Shown here one piece after another: positions 18,273-26,514 of a stretch of 64,000 nucleotides of DNA. The notes beneath the pieces were generated by a model, which saw only the letters and a program-made list of their open reading frames with translations, was not told the DNA's origin and did no database searches. Every line of letters begins with the position of its first letter. The stretch's first letter is position 1. The stretch covers positions 13,356 through 77,355 of the forward strand of contig JACQWY010000028.1 of assembly GCA_016209015.1 (NCBI GenBank), given 5' to 3'. Source of the stretch: Gammaproteobacteria bacterium. GTDB lineage: Bacteria; Pseudomonadota; Gammaproteobacteria; Ga0077536. The translations under genes were made by a program, and so were the position numbers.

Positions 18273-18302
18273 TTAAAACCCCCGACCCTCACGGGCCGGG
18301 GA
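18273..18302 (-). terminator. candidate intrinsic terminator/attenuator on the leftward strand (CCCCGGCCC-GUGA-GGGUCGGGG + UUUU)
   Basis: 9-bp stem with one G-U pair, GNRA-like loop and a T-tract, between OL and the first early gene. Confidence 0.35.
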
Positions 18303-18337
18303 ATTGGGAGGTCAGAAGCAGGTGCTTCGAGATCAAC

Positions 18338-18378
18338 AATAGCAAACGCTACGCGCTGAAGCAATAGCAAACGCTACC
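18338..18378. promoter_or_regulatory. OL-like operator pair: two identical 12-bp TAGCAAACGCTA sites 25 bp apart
   Basis: sites at 18340-18351 and 18365-18376; same TAGC-N4-GCTA inverted-repeat motif as in the cI/cro intergenic region. Confidence 0.55.
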
Positions 18379-18418
18379 CTCACGGGCGAGCGAACGGAGA
18401 AGCCGGAATCGAAGAGAT

Positions 18419-18940
18419 TCAGCGGGGCGTGTTGAGGTCGGTGTTATCTCTGGACGGGGGCAGTCCGGCGCGCTTACACCACGCGTCGAATTCGATGATG
18501 TAATCGCGAACGGCAACTGCATCGTTGCTGTTCACGATTTCAGATTGCTTCGCAGCGGGCAGGTATTTTAGGTAGGCATCGAATTGTGGGGATCTGATTT
18601 TGGAGCGCCAGCCAGGACTAACGCGATCGAGGTAGGATTCATTCGCGGCGTCCAAAGAACTTCTCGGAGACGCGGGCGGCGCGTCGGTAGTAGCGAGCGC
18701 CATTGACGGGGACTCAGGAAACTTATCGCGGCAGGTTCGAGCCACGAGAGCCGCGGTTCCCGCCGATGAACTGCTCGGCAAGTGCTTTAGGACGCAGTCC
18801 TCGTAGCTCCGCGGGATGAATGCGAAATACGCCGCGCACGCTGTAGCGATGAGCACGGCAACTAGAACGAGCATTCGCGGCATCGTGGGTCTCGCGCTCA
18901 TCGTCCGATGTAGCGAACGGCGACGACGCATAAAGGGCAC
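18419..18940 (-). CDS. membrane/periplasmic protein in the immunity region (rex/sie-like position)
   Basis: N-terminal TM/signal (MLVLVAVLIATACAAYFAF); lies between OL and the repressor gene. Confidence 0.45.
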   Translation of the reverse strand: MPFMRRRRSLHRTMSARPTMPRMLVLVAVLIATACAAYFAFIPRSYEDCVLKHLPSSSSAGTAALVARTCRDKFPESPSMALATTDAPPASPRSSLDAANESYLDRVSPGWRSKIRSPQFDAYLKYLPAAKQSEIVNSNDAVAVRDYIIEFDAWCKRAGLPPSRDNTDLNTPR

Positions 18941-18975
18941 CGCACAGCGGCGCTATGTGAACACAGGCGTTTGGG

Positions 18976-19383
18976 TTAAGGAACGCCCCTTTTTCTGACG
19001 GGGCGTTCGCGCTGCATTTCTCCTTTCAGGGCTTTCCACATTCCCTTCCATTCACTCCGTCTTGCGTCGTCGAGCTGGGCCGCCATGTCCGCAAACTCGG
19101 AATATGAGTGACGTGCTTCGGATACTTCCCTAATTGAAATTGGTGAATTCTGGGCGCCGCTGCTGTCATCGTCGGCACTGCGATCCATCCATTCGCGCTC
19201 GAGACGCAACCGCTTTTCTATCTTTCGGGCCGTCTTCTCGGTAATGGGTCGAGTCCCGTTGAGCATCTGACTGATATGCCCTGGTGTCACGCCTAGCCGG
19301 TCGGCAAGCGCGCGTTGAGAGCCCTCTTTGGCTACCAACGCTTGCAGGTTCGCAACACGAATATCGTTCTTGGATTGGCCCAT
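18976..19383 (-). CDS. cI-like HTH (XRE-family) repressor, 135 aa, no S24 peptidase domain
   Basis: QRALADRLGVTPGHISQMLNGTRPITEKTARKIEKRL helix-turn-helix; divergent from cro with operators in between. Confidence 0.7.
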   Translation of the reverse strand: MGQSKNDIRVANLQALVAKEGSQRALADRLGVTPGHISQMLNGTRPITEKTARKIEKRLRLEREWMDRSADDDSSGAQNSPISIREVSEARHSYSEFADMAAQLDDARRSEWKGMWKALKGEMQRERPVRKRGVP

Positions 19384-19466
19384 ACGCGAACCGTAGCAAA
19401 AGCTACGTTGCGGCGCAGGTAGCGTTAGCTGTTGAACGAAAATGTAGCGTTTGCTATTCTTCGGCA
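19384..19466. promoter_or_regulatory. OR-like divergent promoter/operator region with three TAGC-N4-GCTA operators
   Basis: TAGCAAAAGCTA (19394-19405), TAGCGTTAGCTg (19420-19431), TAGCGTTTGCTA (19445-19456); ~25-bp spacing. Confidence 0.55.
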
Positions 19467-19697
19467 ATGACATTCCTTCGGTATTACTCCGCCCTTGATG
19501 CTGACGGCAAGAAGCAGTTGGCTGAGAAACTGGAAACCTCTATCGCCTATCTTTCTCAGCTCGCTCACGGCCATCGAAAGCCCGGGGCACGGATTCTGGC
19601 GCGCATCGAGAGCGCGACCGGAGGGCAAGTCACTCCGGCTGATATGCGGCCCGATCTCTTCGCCGCCCCGAAGCTCCGCGCACGAAAAGTCGGCTGA
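19467..19697 (+). CDS. Cro-like small HTH regulator (76 aa)
   Basis: MTFLRYYSALDADGKKQLAEKLETSIAYLSQLAHGHRKP...; ORF-track start trimmed to the ATG at 19467. Confidence 0.6.
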   Translation: MTFLRYYSALDADGKKQLAEKLETSIAYLSQLAHGHRKPGARILARIESATGGQVTPADMRPDLFAAPKLRARKVG

Positions 19698-19700
19698 GCC

Positions 19701-20006
19701 ATGGCGTCATCGTCTCCCCTGGCCGATGCAACCGCACGCAAGAACCTGACAGCCATCTTGCGGGCCATTGAGCACGTGAAGCTCGGGCCGGTCGCCGAGG
19801 CGGCGCGTGTCGACGAGAGCCAGGTCTCGCGTTGGAAATCGACGCTCTTCCCCCAAATGGCCGCGGCGCTCGCCGCCGCCGGCCTGAAAGTGGTCCCCAT
19901 CGAACAGAAGCTCTATCGCGAAGACGAGGTCGAAGCGCTGCGCGTCCTCGCGACACGCCGCCTCGAGACCATCGACCACGCCTCGAAGCTCGAGGACGGC
20001 GAATGA
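19701..20006 (+). CDS. lambda-CII-like transcriptional activator
   Basis: AEAARVDESQVSRWKS matches the lambda CII HTH signature VGVDKSQISRWKRD, and the gene sits right after cro. Confidence 0.6.
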   Translation: MASSSPLADATARKNLTAILRAIEHVKLGPVAEAARVDESQVSRWKSTLFPQMAAALAAAGLKVVPIEQKLYREDEVEALRVLATRRLETIDHASKLEDGE

Positions 20007-20308
20007 GCACGCAGCTCGGGCTCTTTGATCGCCGCGCGCCGTATCAGCGCGATTCCGCGACATCGAAGGCGGCGGCCGAAGCCATCGAGCCGCGCGCCGG
20101 GACGAAACGCGCGATCGTGCTCGCGTTCATCCGCGGCCGCGGCGCGCTCGGTGCGACGAATGAAGAAATCTCGGCGGGCTGCGGACTCCAGATACAGACC
20201 GTGTGCCCGCGCGTCGTCGAGCTCCGCGAGTGCAAGCTCATCAAGGACGGCCTCACACGCCGTCCGACGCAGAGCGGCAACAACGCGGTCGTGTGGGTGA
20301 TGGCATGA
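20003..20308 (+). CDS. winged-helix DNA-binding protein (101 aa)
   Basis: AIVLAFIRGRG...NEEISAGCGLQIQTVCPRVVELRE; ATGA overlap. Confidence 0.4.
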   Translation: MSTQLGLFDRRAPYQRDSATSKAAAEAIEPRAGTKRAIVLAFIRGRGALGATNEEISAGCGLQIQTVCPRVVELRECKLIKDGLTRRPTQSGNNAVVWVMA

Positions 20309-20901
20309 GTGATCTCATGGCATTGCCCGCGTTCGAGTTCGAAGAGACGAGCCTCACGATGTCGCCCGATGCGACGTTCGAGGACTGGTTCACGTGCGGC
20401 GAGACGCTGAAGCGCATGGACAAGGCCGTCCAGTTCTGGATCGGCGACTGGCTCATCCAGGGTGAGGTGATGTTCCCGGACCGCTACTCGCAGGCGCTCG
20501 AAGCGACAGGCGCCTCGTACACGTCGCTGCGCGCCTACGCGTGGGTGGCACGCGCCATCCCCCCAGATATGCGCTCAGACGCGCTCTCGTGGAGCGTGCA
20601 TCGCGAGATCGCCGCGTTGCCCGAGCCCGTTCGCGAAACCACGATTGCCAAGGCCGTCGAGGAAGACTGGTCGGCGCGCCGCGCGCACGCCGAGGTCCGC
20701 GAGGCCACGCGCGATCCCGCGCCGAAGTCCGAAGAGCCCGCGGACGGCTGGAAGGAGCGCGACGACTTCGATAAGCCCAGCATCGATCCGATGTGGCTGC
20801 CCAAGGTCCGCGCACTCAGCGATCACGATCTCCTGGCCTTCATCCAAGAATTGCTCGACCACGGCTGGGAGCATGCCCGCCGTCGGTTGGGCGATGAATA
20901 G
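20305..20901 (+). CDS. hypothetical replication-region protein (198 aa)
   Basis: ORF trimmed to the ATGA-coupled ATG. Confidence 0.4.
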   Translation: MSDLMALPAFEFEETSLTMSPDATFEDWFTCGETLKRMDKAVQFWIGDWLIQGEVMFPDRYSQALEATGASYTSLRAYAWVARAIPPDMRSDALSWSVHREIAALPEPVRETTIAKAVEEDWSARRAHAEVREATRDPAPKSEEPADGWKERDDFDKPSIDPMWLPKVRALSDHDLLAFIQELLDHGWEHARRRLGDE

Positions 20902-20910
20902 GACACGCAC

Positions 20911-21957
20911 GTGACCTCAAACCTTCCCGCCCCACCCATTCCGGTAGACGTCTCTGTAGACGGCCTCGATGGGTTTCTTCTGAACGTACAGAAGCTCATG
21001 GCGTCAGAGCTGTTCGCGCTGAGCACCGGGGATGAGTTCAAGGCCGCAGTAGCGCTGTGGTGCCGCGCGTGGGTCCAGACGCCGCCCGGCTCGCTACCCG
21101 ACGACGACCGCGTGCTGGCCGCGTTCAGCGGCGCCAGAGAGTCCTGGCCTGCGGTCCGCGATATGGCTCTCCGCGGCTTCGTGAAGTGCTCAGACGGCCG
21201 CCTGTACCACACCACGCTCTGCGAGGACGTGTTGCGCGCGGCCGAGAGCCGTGACCAGCATGCAGCCCGCGTCCAGAACAAGAACGAGCGTCAAGCCCGG
21301 TGGCGTGAACGCCTCAAAGTCGTCTCGGCTGCGCTGCGTGAGAAAGGCATCAAACCGCCTCGAGGGGCGTCACTGGAGACGCTGGAGGGACTACTCGAAG
21401 CGTCTACGCATGACATTGGTGTAGGCGTCTACAGAGACGCTCATGTAGACGGTGGTGAGATTGGTTGTAAAGGGAATAGGAAGGGAAATATATCCAATAC
21501 CCAGAGAGAGATCAGATCCCCTCGCGCGCGCGACTCCGCCGACGCCCTGTTCCCTCTCTCTCTGGATTTTGAAATACCGAAGGACTGGCTGACCTGGGCG
21601 CGCGGCCAGCGCGCCGATTTGCACCACGAGGAAATCTACGCGGCCGCCGAGAAATTCCGATCGCACCACGCGGCGCGGAGTCACGCGAGGACCCGTGCCG
21701 GCTGGGAATCCGAGTGGCGCAAGTGGGTCGTCAACGAACGCGCCGTCCCGAAAAACGGGAGCGGCGGGAATCAGGGGCGCAGCTTCCACTACAACGGCGA
21801 AACCATCGTCGTTCGCATGAATGTTCGCGGCGAGTTCGACAACGAGCACGTCGCCATTGCACGGAAAATCGGCGTAACGAGTATGGGTCTTCCGCGTGAG
21901 CAGCTCGAGCAGAAGCTGCTCGGCAAACTCAGGCAGCTCGCGAACGCCGAAGCCTGA
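20911..21957 (+). CDS. putative replication initiation protein (DUF1376/YdaU-like N-terminus)
   Basis: ELFALSTGDEFKAAVALWCRAWVQTPPGSLPDDD; contains a candidate iteron/AT-rich origin internally. Confidence 0.45.
   Translation: MTSNLPAPPIPVDVSVDGLDGFLLNVQKLMASELFALSTGDEFKAAVALWCRAWVQTPPGSLPDDDRVLAAFSGARESWPAVRDMALRGFVKCSDGRLYHTTLCEDVLRAAESRDQHAARVQNKNERQARWRERLKVVSAALREKGIKPPRGASLETLEGLLEASTHDIGVGVYRDAHVDGGEIGCKGNRKGNISNTQREIRSPRARDSADALFPLSLDFEIPKDWLTWARGQRADLHHEEIYAAAEKFRSHHAARSHARTRAGWESEWRKWVVNERAVPKNGSGGNQGRSFHYNGETIVVRMNVRGEFDNEHVAIARKIGVTSMGLPREQLEQKLLGKLRQLANAEA
21421..21566. other. candidate origin of replication inside the initiator gene: GTAGAC/GTCTAC iterons, AT-rich stretch, flanking CCAGAGAGAGA/TCTCTCTCTGG inverted repeats
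   Basis: local GC drop; the same GTAGACGTCTCTGTAGAC iteron cluster occurs at 20945-20962. Confidence 0.4.
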
Positions 21958-21996
21958 TCTAAAACCGACTTACGACGAGACACAGGGGAATGGACC

Positions 21997-22404
21997 ATGG
22001 CAGCAAAAACAATCGACGAGCTCAAGCGCGCGATTCTCGCGTGCGCGGTGATGAGCACGGAAGACTACATAAGCACCAATAGCGTGCGTGCGAAATTCCC
22101 GGATTGGCATCCGAGCGACATCGTCGCGACGCTCGGCGAACTCAACAAGGCGGGCCTGCTCAAGCGCATCGGAATCGATCGCGACGGCTCCGAGCAGTTC
22201 GTGGCGACGGAGCATGCGGCCGAATACCGAATCGAAATCGGCGGCACCGCCCCGGAGCGTGCGGAAGGCAGGTTCGCGATGCGCCGCAAGGTCACGAGTT
22301 TCGATCTGACGGTCGGAGACTGCCGCATCAGCCTGCAAGGCGATGAGGATTTCGTGCGCGAACTGGCGGCCGAAGCTATGCGCCGCCTCGGGATCACTCC
22401 GTGA
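21997..22404 (+). CDS. hypothetical protein (135 aa)
   Basis: ORF track. Confidence 0.4.
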   Translation: MAAKTIDELKRAILACAVMSTEDYISTNSVRAKFPDWHPSDIVATLGELNKAGLLKRIGIDRDGSEQFVATEHAAEYRIEIGGTAPERAEGRFAMRRKVTSFDLTVGDCRISLQGDEDFVRELAAEAMRRLGITP

Positions 22405-22739
22405 ACGCCTTCTGGAAATTCCTGCAGGGTGTCGCGGCCACGGTCGCAATCATCGTGCTCGTGGTGCTCGTGGTCGCCGGGCTCATGGCCGTGACAGACC
22501 GCGCTTTCGCAGACGAGACGCGGCCCACCCCGCATCAGGCCGCGGAGCTCGTGCGCGAGTGGCGTGCGAACCATGAGCAGGAAGCCATCGCGACCGAGTT
22601 CGACAAGATGCCGGTCACGCACTGCGTGCAGATCAATCGGCGCGGCGCGTCCGTCGTCTGCATCTCGTTCGACGAGTGGGCGCGCATGCACGCCGATGAC
22701 CGCACGGCCGTCGAGACGCGGCGCGGGGGGCGGATGTGA
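22401..22739 (+). CDS. small membrane protein (112 aa)
   Basis: N-terminal TM VAATVAIIVLVVLVVAGLMAV. Confidence 0.4.
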   Translation: MNAFWKFLQGVAATVAIIVLVVLVVAGLMAVTDRAFADETRPTPHQAAELVREWRANHEQEAIATEFDKMPVTHCVQINRRGASVVCISFDEWARMHADDRTAVETRRGGRM

Positions 22740-23059
22740 ACTACCGTAACCCCGAACTGCTCGAGCTCGCGCGCGGCAAGCCCTGCATGATGCGCTTGCA
22801 GCGGGTCTGCAACGGAAACCCAGAAACCGTCGTCTGGGCGCACCTGAACAGCTTGGACAGCGGGAAGGGCACGGGTATCAAGGGGCACGACAGCGAAGGC
22901 GGCTTCGCGTGCTCGGCGTGTCACGACGCGTTAGATGGGCGTACACGCGTCCACTACTCGCGCAACGAGCTCCGCGAAGCCGGGCTGCACATGATGCGGC
23001 GGACCATGACCTTCCTTCTCGCCGAAGGGCTCATCGCCGTGGTGAAGCCGAAGAAATGA
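22736..23059 (+). CDS. Cys-rich small nin-region protein (DUF1364-like)
   Basis: C..C..CNG ... CSACHD; size and position typical of a lambdoid nin region. Confidence 0.35.
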   Translation: MNYRNPELLELARGKPCMMRLQRVCNGNPETVVWAHLNSLDSGKGTGIKGHDSEGGFACSACHDALDGRTRVHYSRNELREAGLHMMRRTMTFLLAEGLIAVVKPKK

Positions 23060-23211
23060 TCCACGTGGAACATATCGGCAACGCCAATCTCCACATCGGC
23101 GACTGCCGTGAGGCCCTGGCGACGCTGCCCGACGGCTGTATTCAGTGCTGCGTGACGTCCCCGCCGTACTGGGGCCTCCGGGACTATGGCGTCGATGGGC
23201 AGATCGAATGA
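23056..23211 (+). pseudogene. N-terminal remnant (51 aa) of an N4C/N6A DNA methyltransferase (motif IV SPPY only)
   Basis: MIHVEHIGNANLHIGDCREALATLPDGCIQCCVTSPPYWGLRDYG then a stop; no motif I downstream in any frame. Confidence 0.5.
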
Positions 23212-23221
23212 GGCTGATGGT

Positions 23222-23467
23222 ATGAGCGCACTCGTCTGGGAGAAGTCGCGTTGCGGTCGGATGCTCATCGCCGAGGGCGGGTATGCGGTGAAGCGCTTTC
23301 ACTGCGGCATTGCGGCCTACCACACGCCGCGCGTGCCCGCCGGCTGCACGCTGATGTCGGGCTCTGGGCTCCGGAAGCAACTCGGGTACTTCGACTCCTT
23401 CCAGGCGGCGAAGGACGCGTGTCAGAGGCACTGTGACGCGCGCGACCTCGGACGCGAGGCTGCGTGA
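23222..23467 (+). CDS. hypothetical protein (81 aa)
   Basis: ORF track trimmed. Confidence 0.3.
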   Translation: MSALVWEKSRCGRMLIAEGGYAVKRFHCGIAAYHTPRVPAGCTLMSGSGLRKQLGYFDSFQAAKDACQRHCDARDLGREAA

Positions 23468-23820
23468 TGCGCCCCTGCCTCGACTACCGCTGTGCGAAGA
23501 AAGGGAAACTGCAACCGTTCTCGAACTTCGGCGAGACGCCGCGCGGCACGCCGAGGCGCATCTGCAAGGCGTGCACGGCTCGCCGAGACGCCGAGGCTCA
23601 GGAGCGCCGCGATCGTCGCAACGAGAGGCGCCGCAACGCCTACGAGCCGCCGAGCCTCAACCCGAACGCGATGTATCGCCAGTGGTTCAACACAGAAAAT
23701 GAATTCAACGCGGCGATGCGGCGCGCTGACGACCTCGAGCGGCGCGGGTGCCCGCTGCGCGCATCGCGCGTGAGGCTCAACGTCGACTCCATGCTCACCC
23801 CGCTGAAGGCGTATCGGTGA
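23464..23820 (+). CDS. Cys-rich (zinc-finger-like) basic protein (118 aa)
   Basis: CLDYRC...CKAC. Confidence 0.4.
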   Translation: MMRPCLDYRCAKKGKLQPFSNFGETPRGTPRRICKACTARRDAEAQERRDRRNERRRNAYEPPSLNPNAMYRQWFNTENEFNAAMRRADDLERRGCPLRASRVRLNVDSMLTPLKAYR

Positions 23821-24803
23821 ATGAACTACGTGTCGGCAGTCTGTTCGCCGGTATCGGATCCTTCGATCTCGGATTCGAGCGCGCCGGCGGCTTCCGCACC
23901 GTGTGGTTCAGCGAAATCGATCGCTTCTGTTCAGCCGTGCTCGACGCCAGGTTCCCCGGCATACCGAACCATGGCGACATTACCGCTATTCGAGGATGCA
24001 ATGTCGAGCCCGTCGACGTGCTCGTCGGAGGTTTCCCATGCACCGACATTTCCGTCGCCGGCCGGGGCGCGGGCATCGAAGGGCCGGAGTCTGGTCTTTG
24101 GAGAGAGTTCGCTCGACTTGCTGGCGAGCTTAGACCCCGTTGGATCGTTATTGAAAACAGCCGTGCTCTCCGAAATCGAGGCTATGACCGGGTTGCGTCA
24201 CAGTTGGAAGCACTCGGGTACGCCGTGTGGCCGTTCGTGGTTTCGGCTGCTGACGTCGGGGCGGTCCATCTCCGCGAGCGCGTCTGGGTTATTGCCCACA
24301 CCGACAGCGAACGATGCCGAGAACTCGGGCTCGCGGAACACAGCGAACAGCAAAGCACACCCGGGCGTGAGCCTGACCGACTGGGTACGGGGCGACCAGG
24401 GCAGGGGGCGGCTACTGCCGACGCCGACGACGACAGCCTACGGCTCGAACAGTGGGGGACGCCACGAGGGCCACGCACGGCCGGGCCTCAAGACGATGGC
24501 GACGCACGGCATGCTCCCGACACCCTCGCACCGCGACTACCGCTCCCCGAATGCGAAGCCGTACTCCGAGCGGGGTGGCGGTATGAAAGGCGAGCAGTTG
24601 CCGAATGCGATCGCGCACGACCTTGGGATGCCGGGCCGCCTGTCGCCCCTGTTTGTCTCGTGGATGATTGGACTCCCGACTCGCTGGTGCGACATCGGCG
24701 ACCGGCGCTTAGGGCGCTCGGCAACAGCCTCCTCCCGCAAATCGCGGAAATCATCGCGCGTGCAATCCGACGGGTCGAAGACCAGTTGAGGGGGCTTCAT
24801 TGA
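23817..24803 (+). CDS. DNA cytosine-5 methyltransferase (GTG start overlapping the upstream stop)
   Basis: motif I FAGIGSFDLGF, motif IV GGFPCTDIS, motif VI ENS, C-terminal motif X LGNSLLPQIAEII. Confidence 0.75.
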   Translation: MNELRVGSLFAGIGSFDLGFERAGGFRTVWFSEIDRFCSAVLDARFPGIPNHGDITAIRGCNVEPVDVLVGGFPCTDISVAGRGAGIEGPESGLWREFARLAGELRPRWIVIENSRALRNRGYDRVASQLEALGYAVWPFVVSAADVGAVHLRERVWVIAHTDSERCRELGLAEHSEQQSTPGREPDRLGTGRPGQGAATADADDDSLRLEQWGTPRGPRTAGPQDDGDARHAPDTLAPRLPLPECEAVLRAGWRYERRAVAECDRARPWDAGPPVAPVCLVDDWTPDSLVRHRRPALRALGNSLLPQIAEIIARAIRRVEDQLRGLH

Positions 24804-25354
24804 AGGCGGAATACCTGCTCACGCGCGCGGCCGGCGGCATCTGCGGCTACGAGGCGCAGATCCCGGGAACGAATCAGACCGTGAAGTTCACGACGGCCGA
24901 TGTCGGTCACGCGCTCGCCGGCGCGCACTGGTACGAGCGCGACCTTGTGCTGCTGAAGTGGGCGATGACGCCGCAGAACATCAACGCGCTCGCCAGGTCT
25001 GCGCTCGCGCGAGTGCAGCGCTCCGGTGTGGAGCTCCCGCCGCGTGGGGGCGCGCGCCTCATCCTCGTCGCGCGCGGCGCCCTGGCCGAAGTCGTGAGCG
25101 CGACGCTCTGCGGGAAGTGCGCTGGGCTCGGCTTCACTGTGCCGACAGAGCACAAGCGCGAAGTCTGCGAGTCGTGCGCAGGTCTCGGCGTCGGTCCGTG
25201 GTCGTCACGGCAGCGCGCCGCCGAATTAAAGATCCCCCGCGAGACCTTCCGCCGCAGTTGGTCGAAGCCGTACGACGAGCTCCGAAGAACATTTATCGCT
25301 GACGAGACGAATGCGCTCACCCTGATGTATCACCATCTGCGCAACCGCCTCTGA
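24800..25354 (+). CDS. Q-like late-gene antiterminator candidate (zinc-binding)
   Basis: CGKCAGLG-x21-CESCAGLG zinc finger; last gene before a hairpin terminator and the lysis/late genes. Confidence 0.45.
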   Translation: MKAEYLLTRAAGGICGYEAQIPGTNQTVKFTTADVGHALAGAHWYERDLVLLKWAMTPQNINALARSALARVQRSGVELPPRGGARLILVARGALAEVVSATLCGKCAGLGFTVPTEHKREVCESCAGLGVGPWSSRQRAAELKIPRETFRRSWSKPYDELRRTFIADETNALTLMYHHLRNRL

Positions 25355-25420
25355 TCGTCCGTTGCAATGGGTCAGATTTCGGTATCAAATTTCTATGAAT
25401 CCCTCGCCACCAGCGAAACG

Positions 25421-25448
25421 AAGCCCCGCCCCTGAGCGGGGCTTTTTC
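25421..25448 (+). terminator. intrinsic terminator (tR'-like) after the Q-like gene
   Basis: AGCCCCGC-CCCTGA-GCGGGGCT followed by TTTTT. Confidence 0.6.
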
Positions 25449-25482
25449 GTTTCCTACTCTGTATCCACGTGGAGACAACGAT

Positions 25483-25812
25483 GTGAACCGCGACGACATC
25501 ACGCAGGAGTCCGCGCGCCCGCGTGCGCGTGTGCATATCGATCCCAAGATTACGATCGATGGCGTGCTCCAGGTGCTCGTCATCGGTGCTGGCCTCGTCA
25601 TGTGGTTCGCGAAGGCCGAGGCCGTCGGGCCGCAACTCCAGGAGCGCCTGTCCTCCGTCACCGCGCTGCTCGAGACCAAGATCGACGCGAATGCGAAGCT
25701 CAGCCAGCAAGCCACTCTCGACATTGACAAGCGGCTCGCGCGCATCGACGCGAAGCTCGATCAACTGCTCGTGTTTCCGACCACCGGGACGCATCAGGCG
25801 TCCGCCCCGTGA
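25483..25812 (+). CDS. single-TM small membrane protein, putative holin/lysis regulator
   Basis: GVLQVLVIGAGLVMWF helix; first gene of the lysis cassette. Confidence 0.4.
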   Translation: MNRDDITQESARPRARVHIDPKITIDGVLQVLVIGAGLVMWFAKAEAVGPQLQERLSSVTALLETKIDANAKLSQQATLDIDKRLARIDAKLDQLLVFPTTGTHQASAP

Positions 25813-26408
25813 CCCCGATCCCGAGCCTGTACGACAGCCTCATCAAGGCCGCCGTCGCGAAGCACGCGCCGGGCCTCGACTGGCGCTGGATTAAAGCCCA
25901 GTGCTGGCAGGAGTCGCACTTCGACGTCGACGCCAAGTCCCCGGTTGGCGCGCGCGGGATCGCGCAGTTCATGCCCGCGACGTGGGCGGAAGAGTGCAAG
26001 CTGCTCGGCTACGGGCTGTCCGCGGATCCGTGCGACCCCGAGCTCGCCATCCCTGCGTGCGCGCACTACATGAGCCGGCTGCGCTTCGCATGGCGGTCAG
26101 CCGCCGCGAGCTCCGCAGATCTCCAGGCGCTCGCGCTCGCGAGCTACAACGCCGGCTCCGGGAACATCTACCGCGCGAGCCGTATCGCGTTTCCGATCTG
26201 GAAAATGGTGACATGGGACGCGGTGGCGTCCGAGCTGCACAAAGTCACTGGCGACGATGACGCCCCGGAGACGCTCGACTACATCGCGAAGGTTCACAGC
26301 TACTACCGACAAATCTGCGCCGCCGAGAGCATCACCCCTGAATCAGTTCTGAGCCCGGCAGATCAACCGGGAAGCAACGGCGCCGCGGCCGTTCCGCGGC
26401 AACAGTAG
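25809..26408 (+). CDS. endolysin, lytic transglycosylase (SLT domain)
   Basis: ESHFDVDAKSPVGARGIAQFMPATW ... YNAG motifs. Confidence 0.8.
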   Translation: MTPIPSLYDSLIKAAVAKHAPGLDWRWIKAQCWQESHFDVDAKSPVGARGIAQFMPATWAEECKLLGYGLSADPCDPELAIPACAHYMSRLRFAWRSAAASSADLQALALASYNAGSGNIYRASRIAFPIWKMVTWDAVASELHKVTGDDDAPETLDYIAKVHSYYRQICAAESITPESVLSPADQPGSNGAAAVPRQQ

Positions 26409-26422
26409 TGAGGAGATTTAGC

Positions 26423-26476
26423 ATGGCGAAGAACAAGCCGCGCGGCAGCAAGCCGAAACCGAAACCGGACTGCTAG
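26423..26476 (+). CDS. 17-aa basic Lys/Pro-rich peptide (MAKNKPRGSKPKPKPDC) with a strong RBS
   Basis: GAGGAG 7 nt upstream of the ATG; followed by a GGGCGC/GCGCCC hairpin. Confidence 0.25.
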   Translation: MAKNKPRGSKPKPKPDC

Positions 26477-26514
26477 GCCGAGGGGCGCTCCGGCGCCCTT
26501 CATCCAGCGCACCT

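Noticed and set aside
23821-24789. 322-aa alternative-frame ORF inside the C5-methyltransferase gene
   Set aside because: All C5-MTase motifs (FxGxG, PC, ENV-like, motif X) lie in the frame starting at 23817. The other frame is Ser/Pro/Ala-rich without motifs.
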